52,268 nt of DNA, from positions 1-52,268 of IMG/VR virus record IMGVR_UViG_3300043777_000338, one strand, 5' to 3'. A model generated the notes under the pieces. That model searched no databases. It saw only the letters and a program-made list of their open reading frames with translations, and was not told the origin of the DNA. Made by a program: the position numbers and the translations under genes. Positions within the stretch are counted from its first letter, which is position 1. Every line of letters begins with the position of its first letter. This stretch comes from a virus. Taxonomy: Duplodnaviria > Caudoviricetes. Shown one piece after another: positions 8,003-17,768 of the stretch.

Positions 8003-10294
8003 ATGAGAATAATCCAATTTGATAAATTTGAAAGCGTTCAGCATGTAACTCCTATTCCTGTGCGATTTACTTACGATCAAATGTTAAATTGGATTTTTTA
8101 TTTTAAAGATATTGATAAAAAAGAAGATCGCAAAGCTTGCTTTTCTTTTACAAAATATAAAGAAGGACGCACCAGGGGGAAAGAAAATATAGAATTTATG
8201 ACGGGAATTGTATTTGATTTTGATAACAAACATAAACCTATCAAACCAATGGAAGAAATCGTTTCAGTGCTAGAAAAGAATCGTATCATGCATTTTTGGT
8301 ACGATACTTTTCAAAGCACTATCGATTCTCCTCGTTGGCGACTTATTATACCTTTTTCAGAGCCTCTCCCTATAGAAAAATGGGAAGCTGTTTATGAGAA
8401 AGTTTTTCATTATATTGGCTCTCCTCTTGGCGTAGATCCAGTTTCTAAAAAATCTGCTCAATTATATTTTGATCCTTATGCGCCGAAGAGTGGCGCAAGT
8501 TTATTTCAATCGCATGCATTCAATGGAAATATTTTAAATGTAATTGATATACCAGATATACCTATTCCGAATGAAACAAAAGAAACTCAAAGCAATGCGA
8601 TAGATTTAAAAAAAAAATTCTCAAGAAATAACAATACTGACAAAATAACATCTGCTTTGTCTTTTATTTCTCCCGATGTTGACTATGATTGCTGGATCAG
8701 AATAGGTATGGCACTCAAAAGTGAACTGGGCCAATCTGGATACGATATATGGAATCAATGGTCTGGCCAAGGTATAAAATATAAAAATGAAAAAGATCTT
8801 TCACAACATTGGAAATCATTCAAGAAATCTGGGGTCAGCATTGGAACTCTTTATGGGATGGCTCAAGAACGTGGATTTGTAATGCCCTTTGATGATGTTC
8901 ATGATGTGAGCATCTATCCGGTATCGCCTCAGAAAATGCCTAGTAATTTTATTCAACATACTGAACAAAATCATGACCCTATTATTGACATAGCTGAAGA
9001 AACCCTTGAAGAGATTATAAATGTTTGTATTGAAAAATTAGATTATTACGCAAATATAGACATCTTTGATATTCCATCGCCTCTTTTAAAAAAGCTTTTT
9101 GAATGGCTTGAGAGTTCATCAAAAATATTTCAACCAATTTATTCTTTGGCTACAGCTCTTTCTATTATGGCTTTTTTAAAACGCAATACAATTATCAGCC
9201 CCACGAAATTGCGTACAAATTTATATATTTTATCTATTGGCCCTAGTCGCTCAGGGAAGAATAACGGTCTTGAGCGTATATTCCAAGTGATGTCAGAAGT
9301 GGGGCTTGAAAATTATTTGACTTCTGGCGTTGGATCTCATCAAGGCTTACTGAAGCAATTAAAAGAAAATAATGGATGCGTATTTTGGAAACAAGATGAA
9401 TTATCTTACATGCTTAAAGGATTTAATAACAAAAACGCAAGTACCCACGAACAAAACATCGAACAAAAATTATTAACACTTTACAATTGTAAATATCAAA
9501 CGACAGACGCAACGAAAGGGGATAAGCTAGAGCGAATTAAAGATCCGTATTTAAATATCTATTCCACGGCCACAGAACAGATCGTAGAGATCTTAAAACC
9601 GCAGTCGGCTATCTCTGGGTTACTTGCGCGCTTTTTGATATTCTGGGTGCATCCTGGCGAGCCATATAAAGATAACTTTCATCCATATGAAGAAATTCCG
9701 CCTGATTTGTTAGAGCAACTAAAAACTTTTGAAGCTCAAAGAGCTATTAAACAGGCGATTTTCACCCCTGAAGCTAAGGAATGGTATGGAAAATTTTTAA
9801 AAGAAGTGCGAGCCTCTCAACGAATTTTAAGCGAAAATGGCACAAAAGTGGATTCGCTTGTAGGCAATCTTCCGGAACAAGCGACAAAATTGGCTTTATT
9901 AACAGCAGTTTTTGATGTGCTTCCTGCTGGAGATAAAAACAATCAAATCAAATATGAAAATTGGCCTCACATTCGTCTTGAAGATATTCAATGGGGCGTC
10001 AGCATCGCCATGCATTGCTTAAAGAACAACATCGCCATAGCAAATACATTTTCTGATAATCATAACGAAAAAATAGTAAATAAAATTAGGGATAAGATAA
10101 AAAACAAAACCAAAGATGGAAGGTGGATTACTAAATCTTCTCTTTGGAGAGCTGTTCGTTATATCGCGAACTCTAGACAATTAGATGAGATTTTAAGTTT
10201 GCTTTCTGAAGCTGGAGATATTGAAAAAAATCATAACAATTCTTCGCGCGGATATAAAGTTCGTTGGAATAACAAACAAAAAACAGAAAAATAA
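8003..10294 (+). CDS. Primase-helicase (AEP-like primase + PriCT-2 + DUF3987-like P-loop domain)
   Basis: DFD motif and PRWRLIIPF; DYDCWIRIGMALK...W..WS..G.KY (PriCT-2); Walker A GPSRSGKN; GLLARFL. Confidence 0.85.
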   Translation: MRIIQFDKFESVQHVTPIPVRFTYDQMLNWIFYFKDIDKKEDRKACFSFTKYKEGRTRGKENIEFMTGIVFDFDNKHKPIKPMEEIVSVLEKNRIMHFWYDTFQSTIDSPRWRLIIPFSEPLPIEKWEAVYEKVFHYIGSPLGVDPVSKKSAQLYFDPYAPKSGASLFQSHAFNGNILNVIDIPDIPIPNETKETQSNAIDLKKKFSRNNNTDKITSALSFISPDVDYDCWIRIGMALKSELGQSGYDIWNQWSGQGIKYKNEKDLSQHWKSFKKSGVSIGTLYGMAQERGFVMPFDDVHDVSIYPVSPQKMPSNFIQHTEQNHDPIIDIAEETLEEIINVCIEKLDYYANIDIFDIPSPLLKKLFEWLESSSKIFQPIYSLATALSIMAFLKRNTIISPTKLRTNLYILSIGPSRSGKNNGLERIFQVMSEVGLENYLTSGVGSHQGLLKQLKENNGCVFWKQDELSYMLKGFNNKNASTHEQNIEQKLLTLYNCKYQTTDATKGDKLERIKDPYLNIYSTATEQIVEILKPQSAISGLLARFLIFWVHPGEPYKDNFHPYEEIPPDLLEQLKTFEAQRAIKQAIFTPEAKEWYGKFLKEVRASQRILSENGTKVDSLVGNLPEQATKLALLTAVFDVLPAGDKNNQIKYENWPHIRLEDIQWGVSIAMHCLKNNIAIANTFSDNHNEKIVNKIRDKIKNKTKDGRWITKSSLWRAVRYIANSRQLDEILSLLSEAGDIEKNHNNSSRGYKVRWNNKQKTEK

Positions 10295-10394
10295 AACAAA
10301 AACAAGTCGATGATAAGAAAATATTTTATTTTTATTATGTTTATTTTTCTCATGGGGATTGCTATATTCAATTTTATATTAAAGAGAGAGATAA

Positions 10395-11228
10395 ATGAGC
10401 AATTTTAACTTAAAAAATGCAAAACCCACAATTATTCCAGTTCCACCGAAAGTGATTATCTATGGAAGAAATGGAATTGGAAAATCTCGATTTGCGGCAG
10501 CAGCTCCAAATCCTATATTTTTAGATCTAGATAAAAATATTAATGAAATTTCTTGTGTTTCAAATACAAAAGGAATTGAGAAGGAATTTCCGCTAAATAC
10601 ATTTCAAAATGTAGTAGATTTTTTAAATATTCTGATAAATGAAGAGCATAATTTCAAAACAGTTGTTATAGATTCTATAAGTCCACTTAATATCTTAATA
10701 GAAAATCAAATAAAAAAAGAAAGAAATATCGAATCAATCGCTGATTTGAAATTTGGACTAGGTTATAGCTTAGTATATGGACTGTGGGATCAATTCTTAA
10801 CTCTTTTAAATCAATTATGGGAAAAAAGAAAAGTAATAATAATTTTGATCGGACATGATAAAATCAGAGAATCAAAAGAATTAATATCTGAACCATTTGA
10901 TCAATATCAATTAAATGTTCCTGAAAAGATTATGCTTTCTTTAACTGGATGGTGTAGCGCAATTCTTTATGCAAAAGATAGAGCATCCTTTTTAGAAAAG
11001 AAGGGTGATTTCGGCGCAATAAACAAAGTTTTTAAATCGTCTGATCGAGTGCTTTACACTGACGGTGGTACTATTTTCTTAGCCAAGGCAACATATAATC
11101 TTCCAAAGACAATACCATTTAATCAAGGAGACGCTGCCAAAGCCTGGAATATGTTTTATACCCATGTACAAGAATATTATAAGAATCCGAATCAAGAACC
11201 TGACGAAAATAAAGGAGAAAAACAATGA
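10395..11228 (+). CDS. Sak4-like AAA ATPase (ssDNA-annealing recombinase)
   Basis: IYGRNGIGKS (Walker A), TVVIDS (Walker B), IILIGH, FLAK. Confidence 0.8.
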   Translation: MSNFNLKNAKPTIIPVPPKVIIYGRNGIGKSRFAAAAPNPIFLDLDKNINEISCVSNTKGIEKEFPLNTFQNVVDFLNILINEEHNFKTVVIDSISPLNILIENQIKKERNIESIADLKFGLGYSLVYGLWDQFLTLLNQLWEKRKVIIILIGHDKIRESKELISEPFDQYQLNVPEKIMLSLTGWCSAILYAKDRASFLEKKGDFGAINKVFKSSDRVLYTDGGTIFLAKATYNLPKTIPFNQGDAAKAWNMFYTHVQEYYKNPNQEPDENKGEKQ

Positions 11229-11416
11229 ATAATATAGAAATAGACGAAAAATTAGAAGAAATTGTAACAAAACTTAAAATCATTAATAGTATGTCATCAA
11301 ATATTTCTCAAAGAGTTAATGAGCTTACAAGAGAAGTTAAGTCAGATATTAAAAAGTTAATTATAAATTTAGCAACAGAAGGGCAAGCCAATGACAGCGA
11401 TCTCATTCAAGTTTGA
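11225..11416 (+). CDS. Hypothetical protein
   Basis: 63 aa, ATGA overlap with the upstream gene, SD AGGAG. Confidence 0.65.
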   Translation: MNNIEIDEKLEEIVTKLKIINSMSSNISQRVNELTREVKSDIKKLIINLATEGQANDSDLIQV

Positions 11417-11822
11417 TGATGATAATAAGTTTCCTGAAAAAAGCCTTTTGCCAGAGGGGCCTTATTTAGGACAAATAATTGAAGTGAAGCAAATGGAAAA
11501 TGCTTTTGACGGTGAATTTACTGCGATTATATGGGAATTAGAAGATCTGTCTATAAAACGAGATAAGCTTCGACTATGGCATATTGAAGACAACAAAAGA
11601 AAAGCAGCGCAAATCAAAACAAAAAAATTATGTAATGCACTCAATATAAAGCTGAAAATGGAATCAGATGGCACAGCTTCTTTTGATCCGAGTGAATGGA
11701 AAGGTAAGAGAGCTTATTTAATCATAAAGCACATACGAACAAAAGATGGAAAGATCATTGAAGCAATTGATGATTATAAACCTTATAATGAAAAGGAAAA
11801 ACTTTCTGCTTTTCCTTTTTAG
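11391..11822 (+). CDS. Single-stranded DNA-binding protein (DUF669-like)
   Basis: LLPEGPYLGQIIEV N-terminal motif, C-terminal PF, and position after the Sak4-like gene. Confidence 0.6.
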   Translation: MTAISFKFDDDNKFPEKSLLPEGPYLGQIIEVKQMENAFDGEFTAIIWELEDLSIKRDKLRLWHIEDNKRKAAQIKTKKLCNALNIKLKMESDGTASFDPSEWKGKRAYLIIKHIRTKDGKIIEAIDDYKPYNEKEKLSAFPF

Positions 11823-11825
11823 TCG

Positions 11826-11990
11826 ATGAAAATGATTAAAAACAAAATAGAGAACAACCCTCTAAGCATACTTACAAAAAGAATGATTTTATTAGCAGAA
11901 GATTTAGTCCAACTAGCAGAAGAATTGCTTCTAATGGAAAAAATTGAAGATGTAAATTTTGCAAAGAAAAAGAAAAACTTAATAAACTAG
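11826..11990 (+). CDS. Small hypothetical protein (54 aa, not in ORF track)
   Basis: MKMIKNKIENNPLSILTKRMILLAEDLVQLAEELLL... fills the gap between the SSB-like and exonuclease genes. Confidence 0.5.
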   Translation: MKMIKNKIENNPLSILTKRMILLAEDLVQLAEELLLMEKIEDVNFAKKKKNLIN

Positions 11991-11991
11991 A

Positions 11992-12750
11992 ATGACTGAA
12001 TCATATATTCCTTTTCATGATTTTCGCAAACGAATTTTGGAAACATATCTTCAAGAAAAAAAAGAGCCACGATATTACATTGGAGCTTCAAGTATCGGTC
12101 ATGCATGTGATCGAAAGATTTGGCTCCAGTGGCGCGGAGATATTCAGCCAAAAGATTATATGGAATCAGAAAAATGGCTTAAACAACAACGAGCATTTGA
12201 GCGTGGAATAGAAGAAGAAGAGAGACATATTTTACGCCTTGAAAAAGCTGGATATATTATATCTGATAGACAAAAACAATTTTTAGCGGCCGCACCTATT
12301 ATTTCTTCCAACTCATTTGCGACATCTTCATATCCATATTTTTTTGGATTAAAAGGACATATTGATGGGATTATAATCGATTCACAAGATCCGAAAAAAA
12401 CTAAATATATTTTAGAGATTAAATCTGCAAAAGAAAATTATTTCAAAGGTGTAATAAATCCTGAAAAGGGTCTTGAAGAAATTTATCCTCAATATATAAA
12501 GCAAGTACAGCTTTATATGCATTTTGCAGAAATTCATCAAACATTCGTACTTTTGATAAATAAAAATGACGATGAATTGCACCATATTATATTAAAATAT
12601 AATCCAGCAGAAGCAGAAGGAATGATTGAAAAATCAAATAGAATTGCATCAATAGAATCATTACCTATTGGCATAAAAAACGAAATAAAGCCGCCATATC
12701 AATGTAAAATGTGTGAATTTAAAGGATATTGTTATGAAAAAGAAACCTAA
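11992..12750 (+). CDS. Cas4-like/PD-(D/E)XK exonuclease with four-cysteine cluster
   Basis: GASSIGHACDR, GHIDG, LEIKS, QVQLYM and CKMCEFKGYC. Confidence 0.85.
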   Translation: MTESYIPFHDFRKRILETYLQEKKEPRYYIGASSIGHACDRKIWLQWRGDIQPKDYMESEKWLKQQRAFERGIEEEERHILRLEKAGYIISDRQKQFLAAAPIISSNSFATSSYPYFFGLKGHIDGIIIDSQDPKKTKYILEIKSAKENYFKGVINPEKGLEEIYPQYIKQVQLYMHFAEIHQTFVLLINKNDDELHHIILKYNPAEAEGMIEKSNRIASIESLPIGIKNEIKPPYQCKMCEFKGYCYEKET

Positions 12751-13132
12751 TACTAATGCAGGAATTAAAAAAGACAATTTAACTGAAGTTGAAATTGAAC
12801 ATTCCGTCAAAAATTGCGTTGAATATTTTCAGAATATTATAACTTTATCAAATTATATTATTAATAATGAAAATACTTTTGAAGGAAAAACCGAGAAATT
12901 TAGAGAAGCCGAGACTTTTTTTAAAGTTAATATGGAATTAATAATATTTATTTTAACAACTATATATGATGCTCCAATGCATTATGCAATTGAAGGAAAT
13001 TCAGAATTAAAACCTATTACAGTCGGAACATCATTAGAAATGTTAAATGAGAATTTAAAAGACTTAAATGCAATCTTAAAAATGCAGACAAAAGAATTTC
13101 CACGATTCTTGAAAGAAAAATCCATACATTAA
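12734..13132 (+). CDS. Hypothetical protein
   Basis: ATG 12734 behind AAGGA is preferred over GTG 12713. Confidence 0.65.
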   Translation: MKKKPNTNAGIKKDNLTEVEIEHSVKNCVEYFQNIITLSNYIINNENTFEGKTEKFREAETFFKVNMELIIFILTTIYDAPMHYAIEGNSELKPITVGTSLEMLNENLKDLNAILKMQTKEFPRFLKEKSIH

Positions 13133-13186
13133 CTTAATGTTTACTGATTATATACATTTATGATATTATCTATCAGGTATGTAAAT

Positions 13187-13300
13187 ATGAAATATCATCG
13201 GAAATTCTTATTATTATTGGCATTACTCATCACTTTAGGGGGATGTGTCGTTGCTACATTAAACGTAGATTTCCATGCACCTAGATTAAATCGTTATTAA
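13187..13300 (+). CDS. Small lipoprotein (37 aa, not in ORF track)
   Basis: MKYHRKFLLLLALLITLGGC-VVATLNVDFHAPRLNRY: basic n-region, hydrophobic h-region and lipobox LGGC. Confidence 0.65.
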   Translation: MKYHRKFLLLLALLITLGGCVVATLNVDFHAPRLNRY

Positions 13301-13335
13301 TTGAAAACCAATATTGCTAAAGAAAGAATAAAAAA

Positions 13336-13779
13336 ATGCGCACAGTTGATGTTATGGAATCTCTTCCATTTATTCTTATCCCAAGGAGTCAATGGATTGA
13401 ATCTGATAAAATTAAGCTTAAAGAAGAAGATGCGACTGCATTTGAGTTTGTAGCATTTCTGCGTGAAGAATCATTAAAAGATAATCTTCCATTTGTTTGG
13501 TTTTATGTCCCCAATGAAGTAAGCGATTATAGCAGGCCTATATTCCAAAGAAAGCAGAGCTGGAAAGGAAGAATTCCTGGAGTTCCAGATTATTGCTTTG
13601 TCGGGAAGCATAGCTTTTTCATAGAATTTAAGGCAGAAAAAAACAGGAAGCGTCCAATCGGTGGGAATCAAGCCATCTTCCATAAGTGGGCCGAAAGAAA
13701 TGGAATTCCAACATTTGTTTGTTTTAATGCGGAAGAAGCTATTGAAAAAGTGGCTGAAATGCGGTTAAAGAATTTGTAA
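13336..13779 (+). CDS. VRR-NUC family nuclease (putative resolvase)
   Basis: YVPNE, PGVPD, FIEFK and a Q..F..W motif. Confidence 0.8.
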   Translation: MRTVDVMESLPFILIPRSQWIESDKIKLKEEDATAFEFVAFLREESLKDNLPFVWFYVPNEVSDYSRPIFQRKQSWKGRIPGVPDYCFVGKHSFFIEFKAEKNRKRPIGGNQAIFHKWAERNGIPTFVCFNAEEAIEKVAEMRLKNL

Positions 13780-13876
13780 AATTAAAATACATTGTTAATC
13801 AAAAATTAGATAAAGCAAAATAACTATTAGAAGACTAAACATTAAAGACGACCAAAACATATATCACTTCTTTTAT

Positions 13877-14185
13877 TTATTTCTTATTTCCCTTCATATA
13901 TATATTGCGATATAGCTCAGCATCTGAAAATAAGATATTTTCCATTTCTGGCGTAATTAATCGCGCCAACATTAATAGCCAAGGAAGATCTTTTTCTTCT
14001 AGAATTTCGCAAATCCTTTTTACTTCTTCAATTGTTGGAGGTAACTTTTGATAAATCAAACGATTATATCTATGATGTTTAAGCTTTAAGAGCTCTACAA
14101 ACTCAGTTATTGTAAGTCTTAATTCATATTGCTTAAATTCTAAATATTCACTAAAAGTTTTGATCTCGGATAACTGATGTTGCAT
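13877..14185 (-). CDS. XRE-type HTH transcriptional regulator
   Basis: TFSEYL...LTITEFVELLKL...PPTIEEVKRICEIL; no peptidase domain. Confidence 0.65.
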   Translation of the reverse strand: MQHQLSEIKTFSEYLEFKQYELRLTITEFVELLKLKHHRYNRLIYQKLPPTIEEVKRICEILEEKDLPWLLMLARLITPEMENILFSDAELYRNIYMKGNKK

Positions 14186-14783
14186 GTTCTTTGTGTAAAT
14201 TGTTGTGATGTTTTAACAAATCTAAAAATGGTTGTAAAGTTTTTAGTGAGTCCCGCTCTTCACACTGGAACTTTATATAGGGAATGAGAAAAGCAGTATG
14301 TTGCGCTATAAAAAGAATGCATTCATCGGAAGTCATTTGAGACATTTCAGATCTAAGTTCACAATATTTTTTATAACTTTCTATTATGAAATCATGATCA
14401 TCATCTTCCATAAATGGCATATTTAAATCAAGCAAGCGCATCCACGTTAGATTTTTCTTAAATGGAATTAATGCTTGAGGCATTTCTAAATAAGTAAAAT
14501 TTGCAACCGTTCCAGTATTATAATCCACATATCTTTGTGCTACTGATTTGCGCGCGCCTAATGTTATACAAGTATAGACAATCTCCCAAAAGAAATACGT
14601 TCCAATTCTTATGATTTGCTCGCTGTCTTTTATATTGATAGAATCTTGCTTTATTTGGAGTATTGAAGGAATTATGCTAAGGCGTATCATTTGCGCTGTC
14701 CTATTTGGACACCTACGCTCCGGAAGGGAAAGAATCTCTACGTAAAGATCTTTTATAGAAGAGAGAAATATGTTAATAATCAT
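14151..14783 (-). CDS. Hypothetical protein
   Basis: 210-aa ORF in a tightly coupled leftward operon. Confidence 0.7.
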   Translation of the reverse strand: MIINIFLSSIKDLYVEILSLPERRCPNRTAQMIRLSIIPSILQIKQDSINIKDSEQIIRIGTYFFWEIVYTCITLGARKSVAQRYVDYNTGTVANFTYLEMPQALIPFKKNLTWMRLLDLNMPFMEDDDHDFIIESYKKYCELRSEMSQMTSDECILFIAQHTAFLIPYIKFQCEERDSLKTLQPFLDLLKHHNNLHKEHATSVIRDQNF

Positions 14784-14992
14784 ATTTTTTCTTGCTCTTT
14801 TTTCATTTCTTCTATTAAATGTTCATACAAGATTATATCTTTCAATGTTAATTTCGACATTGGAATAGAACGAAGTTTATCCATTAGATCTTGATTATTT
14901 GGATATAATATTTTCTTTTTCATCGCCAATTTCGTATCAGCTGCTGTCCAATTATCTTCACATTCATAAACAGTATATTTGTTTTTGATCAA
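14780..14992 (-). CDS. Hypothetical protein
   Basis: 70 aa with 4-bp overlaps at both ends. Confidence 0.6.
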   Translation of the reverse strand: MIKNKYTVYECEDNWTAADTKLAMKKKILYPNNQDLMDKLRSIPMSKLTLKDIILYEHLIEEMKKEQEKI

Positions 14993-15300
14993 GGTATATT
15001 TCCTTTGTTATCAACCAATATTCCAGTAGATATTTTATTCAATTCTTCAATTTTATTTCTCAATTCATCTTCTAATAAAACTTCTTCAAAACAGCTGTTC
15101 AATTTTTTAAAATCATTTCTGTAAGCAGGATTAATCTGAAATATAAGCTGAGAGGCTAAAAAATTAACCATAGAAATTAAATGATCTGTTATTCCTTGAT
15201 TTTTATTAAGTGAAGGACATTGCAGAAAGTAAGTTAATGAATTAAAAAATTCGAGCAAAAGAGTTCGATCTTTCTGGAATTGTCCTTTTAATTCACTCAT
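14989..15300 (-). CDS. Hypothetical protein
   Basis: 103 aa with 4-bp overlaps. Confidence 0.65.
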   Translation of the reverse strand: MSELKGQFQKDRTLLLEFFNSLTYFLQCPSLNKNQGITDHLISMVNFLASQLIFQINPAYRNDFKKLNSCFEEVLLEDELRNKIEELNKISTGILVDNKGNIP

Positions 15301-15659
15301 AACTTAATCATGTTATATAATCTTTTAATCCACCGACAAAATCGAAACCATAAAGAAGGCAGAATGAGACGATATGTACCATTTGCGTGATAACTTATTA
15401 TTGCATCCGGATCCCTATTATCTTTTAAAAGATCATAAAAACTAGAATGTTTTTTGGAAACTTTATTTGTCAAATGATCTAACGTTTCACCCATTGTTTT
15501 AAATGATTCATGAATCGATGGCAATTCCTTAGAAAGCGGTGGCAATTTTGTTGACTTATTCTTCTTCAATTGTGTTTTAGAAAGTCCGAGTGCAACAAGC
15601 TTCTCACGAGCTTTTTCAGGGGATTTACGGCGACGTTTTATGGTAATTGCATTGGTCAC
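15297..15659 (-). CDS. Hypothetical basic protein
   Basis: GTG start with SD AAGGAG; 120 aa. Confidence 0.65.
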   Translation of the reverse strand: MTNAITIKRRRKSPEKAREKLVALGLSKTQLKKNKSTKLPPLSKELPSIHESFKTMGETLDHLTNKVSKKHSSFYDLLKDNRDPDAIISYHANGTYRLILPSLWFRFCRWIKRLYNMIKL

Positions 15660-15670
15660 GTTGGTTCTCC

Positions 15671-16138
15671 TTAAAAACTTATATTTACATATGCCTTCAA
15701 TCTTAACAAAGCTTTTTCTCCTTCTTCGATATCTTTTTCAGAAAAGCCATTATTTTTTATATTTTTATTCCATTCAGAAAAGATTTGATTCAATTGCATG
15801 TAAAGAGACAAACCTTTTTTAGAAAGTTTAATTTCTTGATTTCTCCCATCAAGAAGTGATTTTTCTTTTATAAGATAATTGTTTTCGATCATTTTTTGTA
15901 AATTATAAGTAACATTTGACCCAATATAATAATTCTGGTTTTTTATATCACTTACATTTATCTTCTTTGTACCAATGTTATATAAGATCAAACATTGAAT
16001 GCTATTTATATCATTAATTTTATTTTTTACTAAATTTCTTTTTAATGATTGAAGAAAAGTATGATTTAAATTCTCACTTAAAGAAAATATTCTTAAATAA
16101 TGATAGTTTTTTTCAAAACTGTTTTCTGTTGTTGTCAT
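15671..16138 (-). CDS. MarR-family regulator, LdtR-like
   Basis: DINSIQCLILYNIG...YYIGSNVTYNLQKM...DGR...LSKKG resembles the rhizobial/Liberibacter LdtR pattern (DINxVQALLLFNIG...YYLGSNVSYNLKK), recalled from memory. Confidence 0.75.
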   Translation of the reverse strand: MTTTENSFEKNYHYLRIFSLSENLNHTFLQSLKRNLVKNKINDINSIQCLILYNIGTKKINVSDIKNQNYYIGSNVTYNLQKMIENNYLIKEKSLLDGRNQEIKLSKKGLSLYMQLNQIFSEWNKNIKNNGFSEKDIEEGEKALLRLKAYVNISF

Positions 16139-16434
16139 TGGCCGATTCCTTTTTTTCTTGTAGTTTTTTTTAATTCTTCAACACTATTTTCAATTTTATT
16201 TTTGCAATCTATATAGCTTTTTAACAAGTGATCTGAAATTTTTATTAATTCATTAATGTAATGAGGATTTTTTTCTTCATCAATTGTTTTATTAATTTTT
16301 TTATATTCTCTTAGAAAACGAGTGGCAGATTTTTTGCACTGAGCTAATTCATAACGAGCTCCTGTTTTTCCATATGTATCAACCATACGTTCCCAATAAG
16401 ATTTAGAAGAATTGTTCGTATTTAAATTAATCAT
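16135..16434 (-). CDS. Hypothetical protein
   Basis: 99 aa, SD AGGAG, 4-bp overlaps. Confidence 0.65.
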   Translation of the reverse strand: MINLNTNNSSKSYWERMVDTYGKTGARYELAQCKKSATRFLREYKKINKTIDEEKNPHYINELIKISDHLLKSYIDCKNKIENSVEELKKTTRKKGIGQ

Positions 16435-16826
16435 TGCTCATCTCCTGTTTCTAAAATCTTTTGTTTCATTCTAGCTTCATGTAAAAGTCTATTTGTAAGC
16501 TCTACAGCTGCTTCACATCTTTGTTTTATAGCTGGAATAGATTCAAGTCTCAACTGCTTTTTCTTTATCTCTAGAGCAGTGCGCGGTAGTTCCATTCCAA
16601 TTTCCGCGGCAATAGGTTCCATCTGTCTGATAAGATCTTTTATCTCTAATCGCAATGTTTCTTCTTCAAGATCAAGCGCATTGATGTGAATTTGCACTTG
16701 CATAACACATGTCGCAAGAGAATTCGCTCCATACATCTCAATTGCAGAACGAATCAATGACTCATCTTCCATTAGGGGGAAATATTCTTCTTTAGGTATC
16801 ATAATAATCTCCTTTTTTGTTATCAT
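16431..16826 (-). CDS. Hypothetical coiled-coil protein
   Basis: 131 aa; an internal ATG at 16802 behind AAGGAG is an alternative start. Confidence 0.7.
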   Translation of the reverse strand: MITKKEIIMIPKEEYFPLMEDESLIRSAIEMYGANSLATCVMQVQIHINALDLEEETLRLEIKDLIRQMEPIAAEIGMELPRTALEIKKKQLRLESIPAIKQRCEAAVELTNRLLHEARMKQKILETGDEQ

Positions 16827-16866
16827 TCTTACTATATATACTAAATATGAAAGTTTCGTTAAAAAG

Positions 16867-17022
16867 CTAAAAATTTGTTAATAATTGTGGAACATATCCA
16901 GAAACTGCAGCAAAGTCATCACAATTGCTAAAAAAATCTTGCGTTAGATATTGAAGGTTAAAAAAATAGTCATCCACATTCTGTATGTTATCGAAATTTG
17001 AGTTTGAGTAATTGTTGTTCAT
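16867..17022 (-). CDS. Small acidic protein (51 aa), first gene of the leftward operon
   Basis: ATG 17022 (MNNNYSNS...) behind ACAACAAAGGAAA is preferred over TTG 17112. Confidence 0.55.
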   Translation of the reverse strand: MNNNYSNSNFDNIQNVDDYFFNLQYLTQDFFSNCDDFAAVSGYVPQLLTNF

Positions 17023-17201
17023 CTTGTTTTTCCTTTGTTGTTTGTTGTTTTCATCAGGCCAAATCTGATTAGCTGATAAAATATTTTTAACATGCGTAAT
17101 TTTCTTTTTCAAGAAGAATTTTTTCTTTTTTTAAAAAAAATATTAAGTTGTTAAAATGTAGGCATGTAAAGAGCAGTGGCAAGAGGAGCGCCAGTTAGAA
17201 A

Positions 17202-17614
17202 GTTTGACCTGTTTAACCTGGAAGGTAAAATTAATAAAATTTGTATTAAATTTATTCTTGACATACATTTTTGACACGCAACTCCTGGTTGAAAATTGAC
17301 TTCTAATCAAGGCCAAGGCTTTGAGACCTCAGATTTGAGTTTAGCCTGTTTGGGCATATGTTTGGGTACACCAAACTCAAACCTCTTAAACTATTGATAT
17401 TATTATATTATATTATTATTTTTTATATATTTTTATGTTTAACCTGTTTTTTCCGGATATGATCCTACCTCTGGAACTTTGTCTATCTGTCATGTATTGG
17501 ATCTTTAAAAAGGGGGCCCGGGCAGGTTAAACAGCCCAAACTTGGAGACCATTGAAAAATAAGGTGGAAATCCAAATTTACTTGCAGGTTAAACACAGGC
17601 CAAACAGGCCAAAC
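17202..17614. repeat. Iteron-like 9-mer array (GTTTRRSCT) around an AT-rich stretch; candidate replication origin
   Basis: Forward copies at 17202, 17211, 17339 and 17437 (partial copies at 17348, 17360); inverted copies at 17524, 17533, 17586, 17597 and 17606; almost pure A/T at about 17392-17436. Confidence 0.65.
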
Positions 17615-17707
17615 ATGAGCATGAGATACACTTCATGGTCGTCACGAGGATATCATACATTAATGGCGCTGTCAAATCGATGAAATGGATGAGGAAAGAA
17701 AAATTTC

Positions 17708-17736
17708 TTGAATATTGATATATTATAGTTTATAAT
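17708..17736 (+). promoter_or_regulatory. Sigma70-type promoter
   Basis: TTGAAT-N17-TATAAT. Confidence 0.65.
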
Positions 17737-17768
17737 GCCCATTGTAATTTTTGAGGTATATTGTGACT

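Noticed and set aside
11992-12750. Cas4-like nuclease as part of a CRISPR system
   Set aside because: No repeat-spacer array or other cas genes were seen, and it lies in a Sak4/SSB recombination module.
17202-17614. 9-mer repeats as a CRISPR array
   Set aside because: The repeats are too short, irregularly spaced and in both orientations.
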